DNA from: an uncultured Gemmatimonadales bacterium
GTDB taxonomy: Bacteria > Gemmatimonadota > Gemmatimonadetes > JACCXV01 > JAHWKZ01
DNA length: 64,000 nt
NCBI GenBank assembly: GCA_947259315.1
Contig: CAMYLR010000019.1
Span: 1,252 to 65,251 of the forward strand
Direction: 5' to 3'
The notes below the pieces were generated by a model. It ran no database searches, was not told the DNA's origin, and saw nothing but the letters and a program-made list of their open reading frames with translations. Within the stretch, counting starts at the first letter, position 1, and every line of letters starts with the position of its first letter. Positions 29,495-42,351 of the stretch are shown in pieces. The position numbers and the translations under genes are program-made.

Positions 29495-29597
29495 TCGGGC
29501 CGCATCCTCTTGGCCCTTCGCTATGCCGAGGTCAGCGCCGAGGATGCTCGCCATCATGGTGAAGATCGAGAGAGCGGTCTTCGCTATCGATGTCACT

Positions 29598-30428
29598 TCA
29601 TCCTCGCTGGCTGAGATTCTGAGCCACGATGTACAGCGCGACCGAACCCGCCACCGCCGCTGACAGAGACTCGACCCGATCCGACATCGGCAGCCCGACC
29701 ACGAGCGCTGCGTGATCCTTGATCTCACCCGACACACCGACCGTCTCGTTGCCGACCGCGAGTGCTACCGGCATCGACGGGAGCACAGCTTGAAACAAGT
29801 CGGGCGCGCCAGGTTCAAGCGCTACAATAGGAAGCTCGCGTGCCGCGCACCACTCGGCCGCGGCGGTGCGCGTCATGCCCGTCGCCATGTCGAGCGCAAA
29901 GACACACCCGGCAGACCCGCGCAGGGTTTTTGGATTGAACGGGTCAACGGTCCCGGCCGGCAACAGGGCGGTTCGGCCCCCGACCGCGGCTAGTGTTCTC
30001 AGCAGTGTGCCCAAGTTACCGGGGTCCCGAATTTCGTCAGCCAACAAGGTCAAACCCGGCGAGTCGGTCGGAAGTGTTGCCAAGTCAAGCGCTGGCAGGT
30101 TCCCCACCGCTATCACCCCTTGAGGCGTCTTGGTCTGCGCAAGCGCGGTAAAACCTGCTGCCGGTTCAGAGTAGACGATCGCGGACCCAAGTTGCTCTCG
30201 CGCAGCACAGGCCTCCAATCGCGGAAGCGCATCATCGCGTACGATCAAGTATGGAAAGTCGACGCCACGCGACACGGCGTCTTCGATCGCGAGCCACCCC
30301 TCGAACAGGAACAGCTTGTGACGGGCTCGTCCCGCTCGCGTTCGCAAGTCGGCGAACACCTTGCGCTTGGCCCGGGACAGGCGGTGTACATCCAGACCGC
30401 TACTCATCGGGGAGAGGAACTTTTGCAA
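29598..30428 (-). CDS. TrmH/SpoU-family RNA 2'-O-methyltransferase (RlmB-like)
   Basis: SPOUT motifs: NLGTLLRTLAAVG, LAVGNETVGVSGE. Confidence 0.75.
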   Translation of the reverse strand: MQKFLSPMSSGLDVHRLSRAKRKVFADLRTRAGRARHKLFLFEGWLAIEDAVSRGVDFPYLIVRDDALPRLEACAAREQLGSAIVYSEPAAGFTALAQTKTPQGVIAVGNLPALDLATLPTDSPGLTLLADEIRDPGNLGTLLRTLAAVGGRTALLPAGTVDPFNPKTLRGSAGCVFALDMATGMTRTAAAEWCAARELPIVALEPGAPDLFQAVLPSMPVALAVGNETVGVSGEIKDHAALVVGLPMSDRVESLSAAVAGSVALYIVAQNLSQRG

Positions 30429-30465
30429 TTGGCATGCGATATTAAGCTCGAGAGTTCAGTAATGA

Positions 30466-31320
30466 TTGCCTCCGAGGAGAGAGGTGAGCCCCATGCCCCG
30501 TGCTTTGTTAGCCAGGACCCGCAACTGCATGCTGATCGTGATCGGCTTGACGGTCACCGGAGCGGGGTGCGCCTCGACCGGCGTCAACAAGGGCGATTTC
30601 AACCTGGTCTCGTACCAGGAGGAATGGCAACTCGGCGCTCAGTTAGAGCAGGACATCGAGCAACAGCTCCCGGTCATCAACGATGGGCCCGCACTTGCGT
30701 ATCTCACTCGGTTAGGAACGCGGATTGTGACCCAGACCGAACTTGCCCAGGCGCCTTGGGAGTTTCATATCGTGGCCGATCCGCGGATCAACGCATTCAA
30801 TATTCCGGGGGGCCATGTGTACGTCAACACGGGTCTGTTTCAAGCCGCAGACAACGTTGCTGAGTTGACTGGCGTGCTCGCGCACGAGATCTCGCACGGA
30901 GTCGCTCGCCACGGCACCGAGCAACTCTCAAAGGCCTACGGGTTCAACATCGTCGCCAGTTTGGCGTTGGGTTCCAACCCGCCACTCTATCAACAGTTAG
31001 TAACGCAAATCGTCGGCGCGGGTACGTTCGCTAAGTTTGGTCGTGACGCTGAACGCGAGGCCGACGAACTCGGGGTCATCTACATGTACGGCGCCGGCTA
31101 CGATCCACACGGCATGGTAACGATGTTCCAGGAACTCATGAGCCAGCGCCAGCGAGAGCCCAACTCGGTCGAACAGTTTTTCGCGTCTCACCCACTAACC
31201 GAAGAACGAATCAGGAACGTGCGCGCACGAATCGAGAGCTTGGAGCCGCGGGCGAACCTGATCATGGAAGATGCGGAGTTCGACGCGATTCGACGCCGGC
31301 TCTCGCGCTACAATCGATAA
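30466..31320 (+). CDS. M48-family zinc metallopeptidase (lipoprotein)
   Basis: HEISHGVARHG (HExxH) zinc site. The N-terminal signal has a lipobox (GAGCAS). The start may be the second Met at 30493. Confidence 0.75.
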   Translation: MPPRREVSPMPRALLARTRNCMLIVIGLTVTGAGCASTGVNKGDFNLVSYQEEWQLGAQLEQDIEQQLPVINDGPALAYLTRLGTRIVTQTELAQAPWEFHIVADPRINAFNIPGGHVYVNTGLFQAADNVAELTGVLAHEISHGVARHGTEQLSKAYGFNIVASLALGSNPPLYQQLVTQIVGAGTFAKFGRDAEREADELGVIYMYGAGYDPHGMVTMFQELMSQRQREPNSVEQFFASHPLTEERIRNVRARIESLEPRANLIMEDAEFDAIRRRLSRYNR

Positions 31321-32131
31321 CTCGACGCCGGTTACGCTGACGATCGCCGGCAGCGATTCGTCAGGCGGGGCCGGAATCCAGGCCGACCTCAAGACATTTC
31401 ACGCCCACGCCGTCTACGGGATGAGCGCCATCACAGCGGTGACCGCCCAGAACACCCAGGGCGTCGTCGATGTGACACCGCTCGCGGCTGATTTCGTGGC
31501 CGCGCAGATCCACGCTGCCGTCTCCGACATCCCACCGGATGCGGTCAAGACGGGCATGCTCGCCAACCGATCGATCGTCGAGGTCGTCGTCGAGGCCGCC
31601 GATCGGTACGATTGGGATGCCCTCGTTATCGATCCTGTTATGGTCGCCACAACCGGCGCACGCTTGATCGACCAGGACGCCGTCGACGTGCTCCGCCGTA
31701 AGCTCTTGCCGCGCGCCACGGTCGTCACTCCGAACGTTCTGGAGGCCGGCGTGTTGCTGAATACGACGATCACCGACGAAACCGCCCTCGAGATGGCAGC
31801 CGACGCGCTCGTCGATCAAGTCGGTGTCAAAGCGGTACTCGTCAAGGGCGGCGATTTAGAGGCAGACGACGTGGTCGATGTATACTGCGACGGTACGAAC
31901 CGCGAGGTCTTTCGAGAGCCCCGCATCGCAACCACCAACACGCATGGGTCGGGGTGTGCGCTGGCATCGGCAATCGCCGCGCGACTGGCCCTCGGGCAAC
32001 CGCTGGAGAACGCCGTGCGGGGGGCACGACAGTGGGTTCGACAGGCGATCGAGCGTGCCCCCGGGTTGGGCTCGGGTCGTGGGCCGTTGGATCTATTGAC
32101 GCCGGGAGTCGACGTTTCGGGAGCACCGTAA
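31271..32131 (+). CDS. thiD: Hydroxymethylpyrimidine/phosphomethylpyrimidine kinase
   Basis: TIAGSDSSGGAGIQADLKTF, GMLAN, VKGGDL: ThiD motifs. The only in-frame ATG overlaps the upstream gene by 50 nt. Confidence 0.85.
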   Translation: MRSSTRFDAGSRATIDNSTPVTLTIAGSDSSGGAGIQADLKTFHAHAVYGMSAITAVTAQNTQGVVDVTPLAADFVAAQIHAAVSDIPPDAVKTGMLANRSIVEVVVEAADRYDWDALVIDPVMVATTGARLIDQDAVDVLRRKLLPRATVVTPNVLEAGVLLNTTITDETALEMAADALVDQVGVKAVLVKGGDLEADDVVDVYCDGTNREVFREPRIATTNTHGSGCALASAIAARLALGQPLENAVRGARQWVRQAIERAPGLGSGRGPLDLLTPGVDVSGAP

Positions 32132-32165
32132 CGGCAAACCGATAGGCGATACCGAAGGAGGATCA

Positions 32166-33263
32166 GTGGAACGGATCCGGCCTACCAAACACGCCGACTT
32201 TATCGTGCGGCACGCCGCACCGTTCAATGGCGGACCACCGTTAGCCGCGCTGGTCGACTCGCCTATCACTCCAGAAGAGCTTTTCTACGTTCGCAACCAC
32301 GCCCCTGTCCCAGAAATCGATGCTACCGCGTTTCGACTGTCGGTCGGCGGCCTAGTCGAGCGATCGCTCGAGTTGTCGCTCGATGATCTGAAGCGCGAGT
32401 TCGAGTTCCGCAGGGTCGAGGCAACGCTGCAGTGCGCGGGCAACCGGCGTGATGAGCTGATCGCGGTGCGCGAGATCCCGGGCGAGGTGCCGTGGGGCGC
32501 GGAGGCGATCGGCAATGCCCGCTGGGGCGGCGTCGCACTGCGCGACGTATTGGCTGCCGCCGGCGTGAGCGATGACGCGAAGCACGCAGCGTTCGTGGGG
32601 CGCGACCGTGCCCAGAAGGGCAGCCAGACGTTTCCGTTTGGGGGGTCGATACCGATCGAAAAGGCCAATGACAGCGACGTTCTGCTAGCCTATGAGATGA
32701 ACGGTAAGCCATTGCCAGCGACCCACGGATACCCGTTGCGGGTCGTAGTCCCCGGTTATATCGGGGCGCGCAGCGTCAAATGGGTCTCTGAGATCCGGGT
32801 CCAAGCGACACCGTCGGACAACTACTACCAGCGAAAGAGCTACAAGCTCTTCCCGCCCACCGTGTCAGCGGAAACGGTAGACTGGGATCACGGACTGATG
32901 CTCGGCGAAGTCGGGCCGACGGCGGTACTGTGCCGAATCGATGGTGGCGTCCCAGCCAAGGCCGGCCCCGTCGGTCTCGCTGGATACGCGATGGGCGCCG
33001 GCGGAACGGAAGTAGACGGTGTCGAAGTCTCGATTGACGGAGGCGCGATATGGCACCCGGCAAAATTGGGCTCCGGGGAGCACGGCACCTGGTACTTGTG
33101 GAGAATCGTCGTCGAGCTGACGGCCGGCGAGCACGAGATCATCGTCCGGGTCCATGGGAGCGGCTCTCATCAACCCGATCATGCAGCCACCGGCTGGAAC
33201 TTCAAGGGTTATATGAACACCGCTTGGCACCGCACACTATTGCAGGTCGATAGTCGCACCTAG
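32166..33263 (+). CDS. Sulfite-oxidase-family molybdopterin oxidoreductase
   Basis: Moco-binding domain with Cys ligand context (ATLQCAGNRR), followed by an Ig-like dimerisation domain. Confidence 0.8.
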   Translation: MERIRPTKHADFIVRHAAPFNGGPPLAALVDSPITPEELFYVRNHAPVPEIDATAFRLSVGGLVERSLELSLDDLKREFEFRRVEATLQCAGNRRDELIAVREIPGEVPWGAEAIGNARWGGVALRDVLAAAGVSDDAKHAAFVGRDRAQKGSQTFPFGGSIPIEKANDSDVLLAYEMNGKPLPATHGYPLRVVVPGYIGARSVKWVSEIRVQATPSDNYYQRKSYKLFPPTVSAETVDWDHGLMLGEVGPTAVLCRIDGGVPAKAGPVGLAGYAMGAGGTEVDGVEVSIDGGAIWHPAKLGSGEHGTWYLWRIVVELTAGEHEIIVRVHGSGSHQPDHAATGWNFKGYMNTAWHRTLLQVDSRT

Positions 33264-33483
33264 CGGGAGAGCGAACTGACAACCCGGACATCCGAAACGA
33301 AACGCCCAGCGTGGATGCCGCCCCTTCTCATCGTCCTGGTTCGGGATGCTCAGCTATCTGTATCTCGCCGAGCTGTCGTCGCTGACTCTCGTCTTCGTGG
33401 GGTTTCCTGATCGCGACGCGGAGTGTTTCGACGCCCAGCCGCTCTTAGCAAGCCCGCTGCAACTGCGAGCACGCGACCTGTAA

Positions 33484-34455
33484 CTACCCCAGCTTGTGAA
33501 TCGTCGCGCGAGGAGCGGGAATCACGGCCGCCCGGACATCGCCGTTACCCGAACCCGACGGCTCCGCCGCCGCACCGTATGGTCGCTCGGGTCCACCGCC
33601 GTTGCCGCGAACGATCTTGACGCCGGCGCTGGCTCCGATCCTGGTCGCACCGGCCTCGATCATCTTGAGTGCGGTTGGCTGGTCGCCCACTCCACCGGCG
33701 GCCTTGACGCCCAACTCCGCACCGACCGCGCGGCGCATGAGTCGGATGTCATCCTCGGTCGCACCACCCGGCCCAAAACCGGTCGACGTCTTTACAAAGT
33801 GAGCCCCAGCGGCCTGCGCCAAGACGCACGCCTTCACCTTTTCCTCATCGGTCAGGTATGCAGCCTCGATGATCACTTTTACCTTGGCTCTCCGCCTCGC
33901 CGCCTCGACCACACCGCGGATGTCTCGCTCGACCTCGCTGTACGCGCCCGACCGAAGCGCCCCCACGTTGATCACCATGTCGAGCTCTGCGGCACCATCT
34001 TCGAGCGCGCGGATCGCCTCGTACGCTTTGGTCTCGGATCGATTGGCGCCCAACGGAAAACCGATCACCGTACAAACCCGAACCGGCGTGGTCGCCAACC
34101 TCTCGACCGCCAATCTCACCCACCACGGGTTGATGCACACGGTGGCGAAACAGAACTCTACCGCCTCATCGCAGAGCGCCTCGATTTCTTGCTGACTGGC
34201 TGTTGGCGCGAGCAACGTATGGTCGATCATGCGAGCCAAAACGTTGTCACACGCATCGACGCCTGGGCCGGCGGTGAACCGGTCCGCACCACACGCCGCC
34301 AAGCGGCGCACCTTGTCAGCGCAGTGGGCTACGCAGTGCGAACCATCACAGCGGTCGCAGGCACCCAGCGCGTAAGACGTCCCGCTCGCGAGCTGCGTCC
34401 TGAGCTCGGCCGCGATCAGGTCGGCCAACAGATCGATGTTCGGACCAGTTGTCAC
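33484..34455 (-). CDS. deoC: Deoxyribose-phosphate aldolase with an N-terminal ~80-aa extension (amphipathic helix + Cys-rich linker)
   Basis: Core MIDHTLLAPTASQQEIEALCDEA...CTVIGFPLGAN...VKVIIEAAYLTDEEKVKAC...FVKTSTGFGPGGAT...GVKAAGGV is collinear with DeoC, including the Schiff-base Lys region. The N-terminal NIDLLADLIAAELRTQLAS helix precedes GACDRCDGSHCVAHCADK. Confidence 0.85.
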   Translation of the reverse strand: MTTGPNIDLLADLIAAELRTQLASGTSYALGACDRCDGSHCVAHCADKVRRLAACGADRFTAGPGVDACDNVLARMIDHTLLAPTASQQEIEALCDEAVEFCFATVCINPWWVRLAVERLATTPVRVCTVIGFPLGANRSETKAYEAIRALEDGAAELDMVINVGALRSGAYSEVERDIRGVVEAARRRAKVKVIIEAAYLTDEEKVKACVLAQAAGAHFVKTSTGFGPGGATEDDIRLMRRAVGAELGVKAAGGVGDQPTALKMIEAGATRIGASAGVKIVRGNGGGPERPYGAAAEPSGSGNGDVRAAVIPAPRATIHKLG

Positions 34456-34742
34456 TCTTGCAAACCGGTTGAGTCCAAGAAGTCGATTCGATCCACCACA
34501 CCAATGACTAGGTTCTGGAGCGGAACCCGCTCACGACCCGTAACAAGCCGAGCCCCAGTCCCCTCGCGAGAGACAAGCACCTTGTCACCGATACCGGCGT
34601 CGACCCGGTCAACGGCGATCATCTCTTCGCCTTCGTCGCGACCATCGATCGCCAACGGTTGAACGACCAGCAGCTTGTACTCCGCCAGCTCGGGGTCCTT
34701 GTCGCTGGACGTGACGGTTCCGGTCACCCGCGCGAGGATCAT
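34452..34742 (-). CDS. Bacterial microcompartment vertex (pentamer) protein, EutN/CcmL/PduN family (BMC-P)
   Basis: [29 protein letters not shown]...AVDRVDAGIGDKVLVSREGTGARLV...LQNLVIGVVDRI matches the PF03319 pattern (ARViGtVvsT.K...G.KLL.vq...AvD.vGAG..E.VLv..Gs.AR......D.aivgiVD). Its start overlaps the upstream BMC-P stop (ATGA). Confidence 0.8.
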   Translation of the reverse strand: MILARVTGTVTSSDKDPELAEYKLLVVQPLAIDGRDEGEEMIAVDRVDAGIGDKVLVSREGTGARLVTGRERVPLQNLVIGVVDRIDFLDSTGLQE

Positions 34743-35005
34743 GTCCGGTCGACCGAGTCGATCTTGCCGACGATCGCCGCATCCACCGCGCAGAAGGGAT
34801 CCCTTAACGGCAACGAAGCTTCGCGGCTGGTGACATAGTAGACCCACTCATCATCACCGTAGGATCCCGTATCCACGGCCACCAGCGGCTTGGCGGAGGG
34901 TTGCCCTTCGGCGTCAGTGGGCTCGATCCATAGCAGCCGATAGCCGACAAGCGGCTCGATCTTGCGGGTGCTCACCACCCGCCCAATCACACGTGCAAAG
35001 TGCAT
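34739..35005 (-). CDS. Bacterial microcompartment vertex (pentamer) protein, EutN/CcmL/PduN family (BMC-P), second paralog
   Basis: [29 protein letters not shown]...[23 protein letters not shown]...[12 protein letters not shown]. Same family pattern; 88 aa. Confidence 0.8.
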   Translation of the reverse strand: MHFARVIGRVVSTRKIEPLVGYRLLWIEPTDAEGQPSAKPLVAVDTGSYGDDEWVYYVTSREASLPLRDPFCAVDAAIVGKIDSVDRT

Positions 35006-35173
35006 GGCCCGGAGAGTATCCCTCCCCGGGCAGCGCCGTCAACTGCCAAAATGACGCATTTTCGGCGCGGCACATGGCTTGCACTAGAGGAGGCAGATAT
35101 CTGCAGCCCGGCGGGGCTCCCCGTCAAAAACGCAGTCTGTGCAGGCCATCTTCGATCGAATGAGAGGAAAGCG

Positions 35174-37087
<1,914 letters not shown>

Positions 37088-37102
37088 GCGCGACTGGTGT
37101 TG

Positions 37103-37130
37103 CCGGGGTGGCTTGAACGCGCCACCCCGG
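37103..37130 (+). terminator. GC-rich hairpin downstream of dnaK
   Basis: Perfect 10-bp inverted repeat ccggggtggc / gccaccccgg around an 8-nt loop, 16 nt after the dnaK stop. No strong U-tract. Confidence 0.4.
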
Positions 37131-37257
37131 TCCGGTCGTCCCATTCGATAGCAAGCAACCCCGCGTACCAGCCGGAACCCCGGCCGTTAGTTACAGTATT
37201 AGGGGTCAGGACTGGCTGTTGACCCGCGGCCGGCGTGAGATTCCCGATCTTGGAGGT

Positions 37258-38799
37258 ATGAATCCGATGCACCCGATCAAGAGCAAGCTGACTGCCCTTC
37301 TGGTTGGTGTGGCGTGTCTAGGGCTCGGCGTGCTGTTCGCCTCAACGCTCGACTGGACCCCGACAACCCAAGCCACTCAGACGGATCATTCGCCGACAGC
37401 CGGTCAGGCGTCGCTCCGTTCGCTCAGCAACTCCTTTACCGAGATCGCCGAGGAGGTGACACCGGCCGTTGTCTACGTCACCGGTCAGCGACTTATCCAA
37501 CGCGGTGATCTTCCGTTCGATTTCGGTCCGTTCGAGGAGTTTCTCGAGCGCTCACCGCACCGGGACAATGATCAGCCACTGAGACGCCCTAGTGGCGGTT
37601 CGGGGGTCGTCGTTCGGCCGGACGGCTACATCGTCACCAACAATCACGTCGTCGAGGACATGGAGGGGCTTCAGGTTATCCTGAACGACCGGCGGACGTT
37701 CGACGCCGAGATCGTGGGTCGAGATCCATCCACCGATGTCGCGGTTCTCAAGATCGACGCCTCGGACCTGCCGGTCGCCCAATTGGCTGCCGACGGAGAG
37801 GTTCAGGTGGGCGAATGGGTGCTCGCCCTGGGGAATCCGCTTGGGCTTCAGTTCACCATGACCGCTGGAATCGTGAGCGCGATGGGACGCGCCAACCTGA
37901 ACATCATCAACCGTGGCGAAAACCCCTATGCGATCGAGGACTTCATCCAGACCGACGCGGCCATAAACCCGGGTAACTCGGGTGGGCCGCTGGTCAACAT
38001 CGACGGCCACGTAATCGGTATCAATACCGCTATCGCGTCGCAGACCGGACGCTACATGGGGTACGGTTTCGCGATCCCGATCACGATCGTGCGCAATGTC
38101 ATGGAACAGCTGATCGAGAATGGCTCCGTCGAGCGCGCCGTTCTCGGTGTCTCGATCCAGGCGGTCACCCCGCTCGATCAAGAAGCATTGGGGTTACGGA
38201 CAGCTGAAGGTGTGTTGATCGCGGATTTCGACTCGCGTGTCGCCGACAACCCGGCTCGCAAAGCCGGTGTGCAGCCGCGCGATGTCGTGATGGCAGTCGA
38301 CGGCCACGCGGTGTCGACCCCCAGCCAACTGCAACAGCAAATCGCGTTTCATAAGCCTGGCGACAAGGTCGAGCTGACCGTCTGGCGTGACGGTCGAGAG
38401 CGCAAGATCGAAGTGACACTTGGAAAGCGGCCAGCGCCTCCGGACTCGGTCACCCAGTTTGTAAACAACGACCGGGGTGAGCTCGAATCAGCCCTCGGCA
38501 TGGAGGTCGAGGGTCTGACCAGCGGGCTGCGCGCCAACCTGGCTGAGCGCGCGCAAATCAGTGCGGCCGACATACCGCAAGGCGTGGTTGTCCGGTCGGT
38601 CGAGCCGATCGGTCCTGCCGCGGACGCCCGCATCCCGGCTAATTCGGTGATCACTCAGGTCGGCGATCGTCAGGTTAGAAATGTGGAAGAGTACCGGCAG
38701 GCGGTCGAGAATCTCCAGCCCGGCTCGGTGGTCTATTTCAGGATCTTCCGACTCGGCGGTTCGGGGCAGGAGTTCCGGGCGTTGCGCGTTCCCCGCTAG
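37258..38799 (+). CDS. htrA: Periplasmic serine endoprotease DegP/HtrA family (trypsin domain + PDZ)
   Basis: GNSGGPLVN catalytic Ser and a HVV..DMEG His box. N-terminal signal/TM, with PDZ domains C-terminal. Confidence 0.85.
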   Translation: MNPMHPIKSKLTALLVGVACLGLGVLFASTLDWTPTTQATQTDHSPTAGQASLRSLSNSFTEIAEEVTPAVVYVTGQRLIQRGDLPFDFGPFEEFLERSPHRDNDQPLRRPSGGSGVVVRPDGYIVTNNHVVEDMEGLQVILNDRRTFDAEIVGRDPSTDVAVLKIDASDLPVAQLAADGEVQVGEWVLALGNPLGLQFTMTAGIVSAMGRANLNIINRGENPYAIEDFIQTDAAINPGNSGGPLVNIDGHVIGINTAIASQTGRYMGYGFAIPITIVRNVMEQLIENGSVERAVLGVSIQAVTPLDQEALGLRTAEGVLIADFDSRVADNPARKAGVQPRDVVMAVDGHAVSTPSQLQQQIAFHKPGDKVELTVWRDGRERKIEVTLGKRPAPPDSVTQFVNNDRGELESALGMEVEGLTSGLRANLAERAQISAADIPQGVVVRSVEPIGPAADARIPANSVITQVGDRQVRNVEEYRQAVENLQPGSVVYFRIFRLGGSGQEFRALRVPR

Positions 38800-38813
38800 C
38801 GGCCTCAGGCTGG

Positions 38814-38850
38814 CGCCCCGCCCGCTCATTGTGAGTCGGCGGGTGGGGCG
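38814..38850 (+). terminator. Hairpin downstream of htrA
   Basis: 12-bp GC stem (cgccccgcccgc / gcgggtggggcg, one G.U pair) with a 13-nt loop. Followed by a T-rich stretch (cttctttacttct). Confidence 0.4.
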
Positions 38851-38940
38851 AACGGCCACTTCTTTACTTCTCCCCAATTACGTTACTTTTCCCCGGTGGC
38901 CGGGCTGCCTTTGAGCAGTGCCAGGGCCAACGTAGGCGAC

Positions 38941-39025
38941 GCGAGAGTGGTGGAACTGGTAGACACGCAAGCCTTAGGAGCTTGTGGCTTCGGCCGTGGG
39001 GGTTCGAATCCCTCCTCTCGCACCA
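38941..39025 (+). tRNA. tRNA-Leu (anticodon TAG), type II with long variable arm, CCA encoded
   Basis: Acceptor stem GCGAGAG/CTCTCGC, D-loop AACTGGTAGA, anticodon loop CTTAGGA, long variable arm, T-loop GGTTCGAATCC, 3' ACCA. Aligns with E. coli tRNA-Leu. Confidence 0.8.
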
Positions 39026-39036
39026 TCTGAGAAGCG

Positions 39037-40353
39037 ATGAGCGTATTGATCGATAGCGACACCGAAATCGGTTACCAGGTTGAAGAGCTCGCCCGCTGGA
39101 AGCGGCGGTTGGCGATCCAAGTACCGGTCCACGCGGCCCAACGGGTCCACGAGCAAACCGTGCGCGACTTCGCCAAGCGCGCGCGACTCAAGGGCTTTCG
39201 ACGTGGCAAGGCGCCGACCCAGATAGTTGAACGTCAGTACGGGCCCGAGATCGACCAAGAAGTGCTCAAGCGCCTGGTTCAGGAGGGGTTCGAGCAAGCC
39301 ATCGCTCGTTCCGGCCTCGAGCCAATCGTGGCGCCTCAATTCGAAGGTGTCGAGCGAACTGAGGAAGGTGGGCTCCGCTTTGCGGCTGAGTTTGACGTCC
39401 GGCCCGAGATTGAACTCGGTCGGACCACCGGCTTTAGCATCGAACGCGAAACTCGCGAAGTAACCCGGACGGATGTCGACGACGTGATCGAACGACTGCG
39501 TCGCGAGCGCGCCGACTGGCGGTCGGTCGACCGAGCGGCCCAAGCCGAGGACCGAGTGGTCTTTGATTCCACCCCGATTAGCGACGACGGCATCGTCACA
39601 GTCACCGAACGGCAGGAAGACCAAGTAGCAGAGCTTGGCGCCGACGGGCTGATACCAGAGTTCGAGACCGGTTTGAGTGGACTGGAGCCGGGCGCCGAGG
39701 AAACGATCGATGTGCGGTTTCCCGACGATCACCCGAACGAGATGTTGCGTGGTTCCCACCGCTCGTTCCGGATCGAGGTCAAAGAGGTTCGTGAACGAAT
39801 ACTGCCAGAGCTCGACGACGAATTCGCCCGCTCCTTGGGTCAGTTCGACTCGCTGCGGGAAGCCCGCGACAAGATTCGAGCGAACCTCGAGGTTGAGATG
39901 GCCACGCAGTCTCAACGCGAAGTAAACGAGGCGTTGGTCGACGAGATCATCGACGCGAACCCGATCGATCTGCCCGAGAGCATGGTTGATCAGTACCTGG
40001 CAAACATGATTGGTGACCAGCGACAATTGCTGGCCGACGGAGCTGAGCCTGAGCGGTTGGCCGAGGTGAGAGACGTTCTAAAACCAGGCGCCGAGCGCGC
40101 GCTTCGCCGATACTATATCTTGAACTCTATCGCTGACCGCGAGGGCCTCCGGGCGACCGATGCAGATGTCGACCAGGCGATCGCCGATCGAGTTGACCCA
40201 TCCAAGAGTTCAGTTACGGAGACCCGCCGGCAGCTCGAGCGCTCCGGCGAGCTCGATGATCTTCGATTTCATTTGACGATGGAGCGAGTGTTCGCCTGGT
40301 TGCGCGAACATTCGGACATAACCCCGGAGTTACCTGAGCCGATTTCTGAATAG
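39037..40353 (+). CDS. tig: Trigger factor
   Basis: Ribosome-binding signature GFRRGKAP at the N-terminus, then FKBP-type PPIase and C-terminal domains. The tig-clpP-clpX order is conserved. Confidence 0.9.
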   Translation: MSVLIDSDTEIGYQVEELARWKRRLAIQVPVHAAQRVHEQTVRDFAKRARLKGFRRGKAPTQIVERQYGPEIDQEVLKRLVQEGFEQAIARSGLEPIVAPQFEGVERTEEGGLRFAAEFDVRPEIELGRTTGFSIERETREVTRTDVDDVIERLRRERADWRSVDRAAQAEDRVVFDSTPISDDGIVTVTERQEDQVAELGADGLIPEFETGLSGLEPGAEETIDVRFPDDHPNEMLRGSHRSFRIEVKEVRERILPELDDEFARSLGQFDSLREARDKIRANLEVEMATQSQREVNEALVDEIIDANPIDLPESMVDQYLANMIGDQRQLLADGAEPERLAEVRDVLKPGAERALRRYYILNSIADREGLRATDADVDQAIADRVDPSKSSVTETRRQLERSGELDDLRFHLTMERVFAWLREHSDITPELPEPISE

Positions 40354-40383
40354 TCGACGCGAATCACGATAAGGAGATCCTGA

Positions 40384-41037
40384 ATGCCACTCATCCCCAT
40401 TGTTGTTGAACGGACCGGTCGCGGAGAACGCTCGTACGACATCTACTCACGGCTGCTCAAGGATCGCATCATCTTCTTAGGTACGCCGATCAACGACGAG
40501 ATCGCGAACCTGGTAATCGCGCAGTTGCTGTTCTTACAGGCCGAGGCGCCCGACAAGGACATCAACATGTACATCAATAGCCCAGGCGGCGTGGCATCCG
40601 CAGCGCTCGCCATCTACGACACCATGCAGTATCTGGAGAACGACGTATCAACGATGTGTATGGGAATGTCGGCTTCGGCAGCAGCCCTTTTGCTTGCCGC
40701 GGGTGCGCCGGGCAAACGATTCGCGTTGCCACACTCGCGAGTCATGATCCATCAGCCTTTGGGGGGTGCTCAGGGCCAGGCTACAGATATCGAGATTCAG
40801 GCCCGCGAGATCCTCCACCTGAAGCAGAAAGTAAACGAGATCCTCGCCGTCCACACCGGCCAGGATGTGGAGCGAATCCAGGCCGACACGGACCGGAATT
40901 TCTGGATGGGAGCCGAGGAGGCTCGGGATTATGGCATGGTTGATGCTGTACTGTTGAGCCAAGATCAGCAGCGTGACGGGGACGGAAAACCAGCCAAGTC
41001 AACAAACGACTCCGGCTCCAACGGCGACAGCGAGTAG
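40384..41037 (+). CDS. clpP: ATP-dependent Clp protease proteolytic subunit
   Basis: [24 protein letters not shown], catalytic Ser context [15 protein letters not shown]. Confidence 0.95.
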   Translation: MPLIPIVVERTGRGERSYDIYSRLLKDRIIFLGTPINDEIANLVIAQLLFLQAEAPDKDINMYINSPGGVASAALAIYDTMQYLENDVSTMCMGMSASAAALLLAAGAPGKRFALPHSRVMIHQPLGGAQGQATDIEIQAREILHLKQKVNEILAVHTGQDVERIQADTDRNFWMGAEEARDYGMVDAVLLSQDQQRDGDGKPAKSTNDSGSNGDSE

Positions 41038-41052
41038 GGGGCGGAAAACCGC

Positions 41053-42351
<1,299 letters not shown>

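Noticed and set aside
33496-34662. 388-aa plus-strand ORF covering the whole deoC region
   Set aside because: It is antisense to a DeoC with clear catalytic motifs. The composition is Arg/Pro/Gly-rich and of low complexity, typical of spurious reverse-strand ORFs in ~68% GC DNA.
35006-35173. Possible CIRCE/HrcA operator or sigma-32 promoter upstream of dnaK
   Set aside because: No TTAGCACTC-N9-GAGTGCTAA inverted repeat is present. A CTTGCA...CAGATAT pair has the wrong spacing (~9 nt) for an RpoH promoter. Heat-shock control cannot be asserted from sequence.
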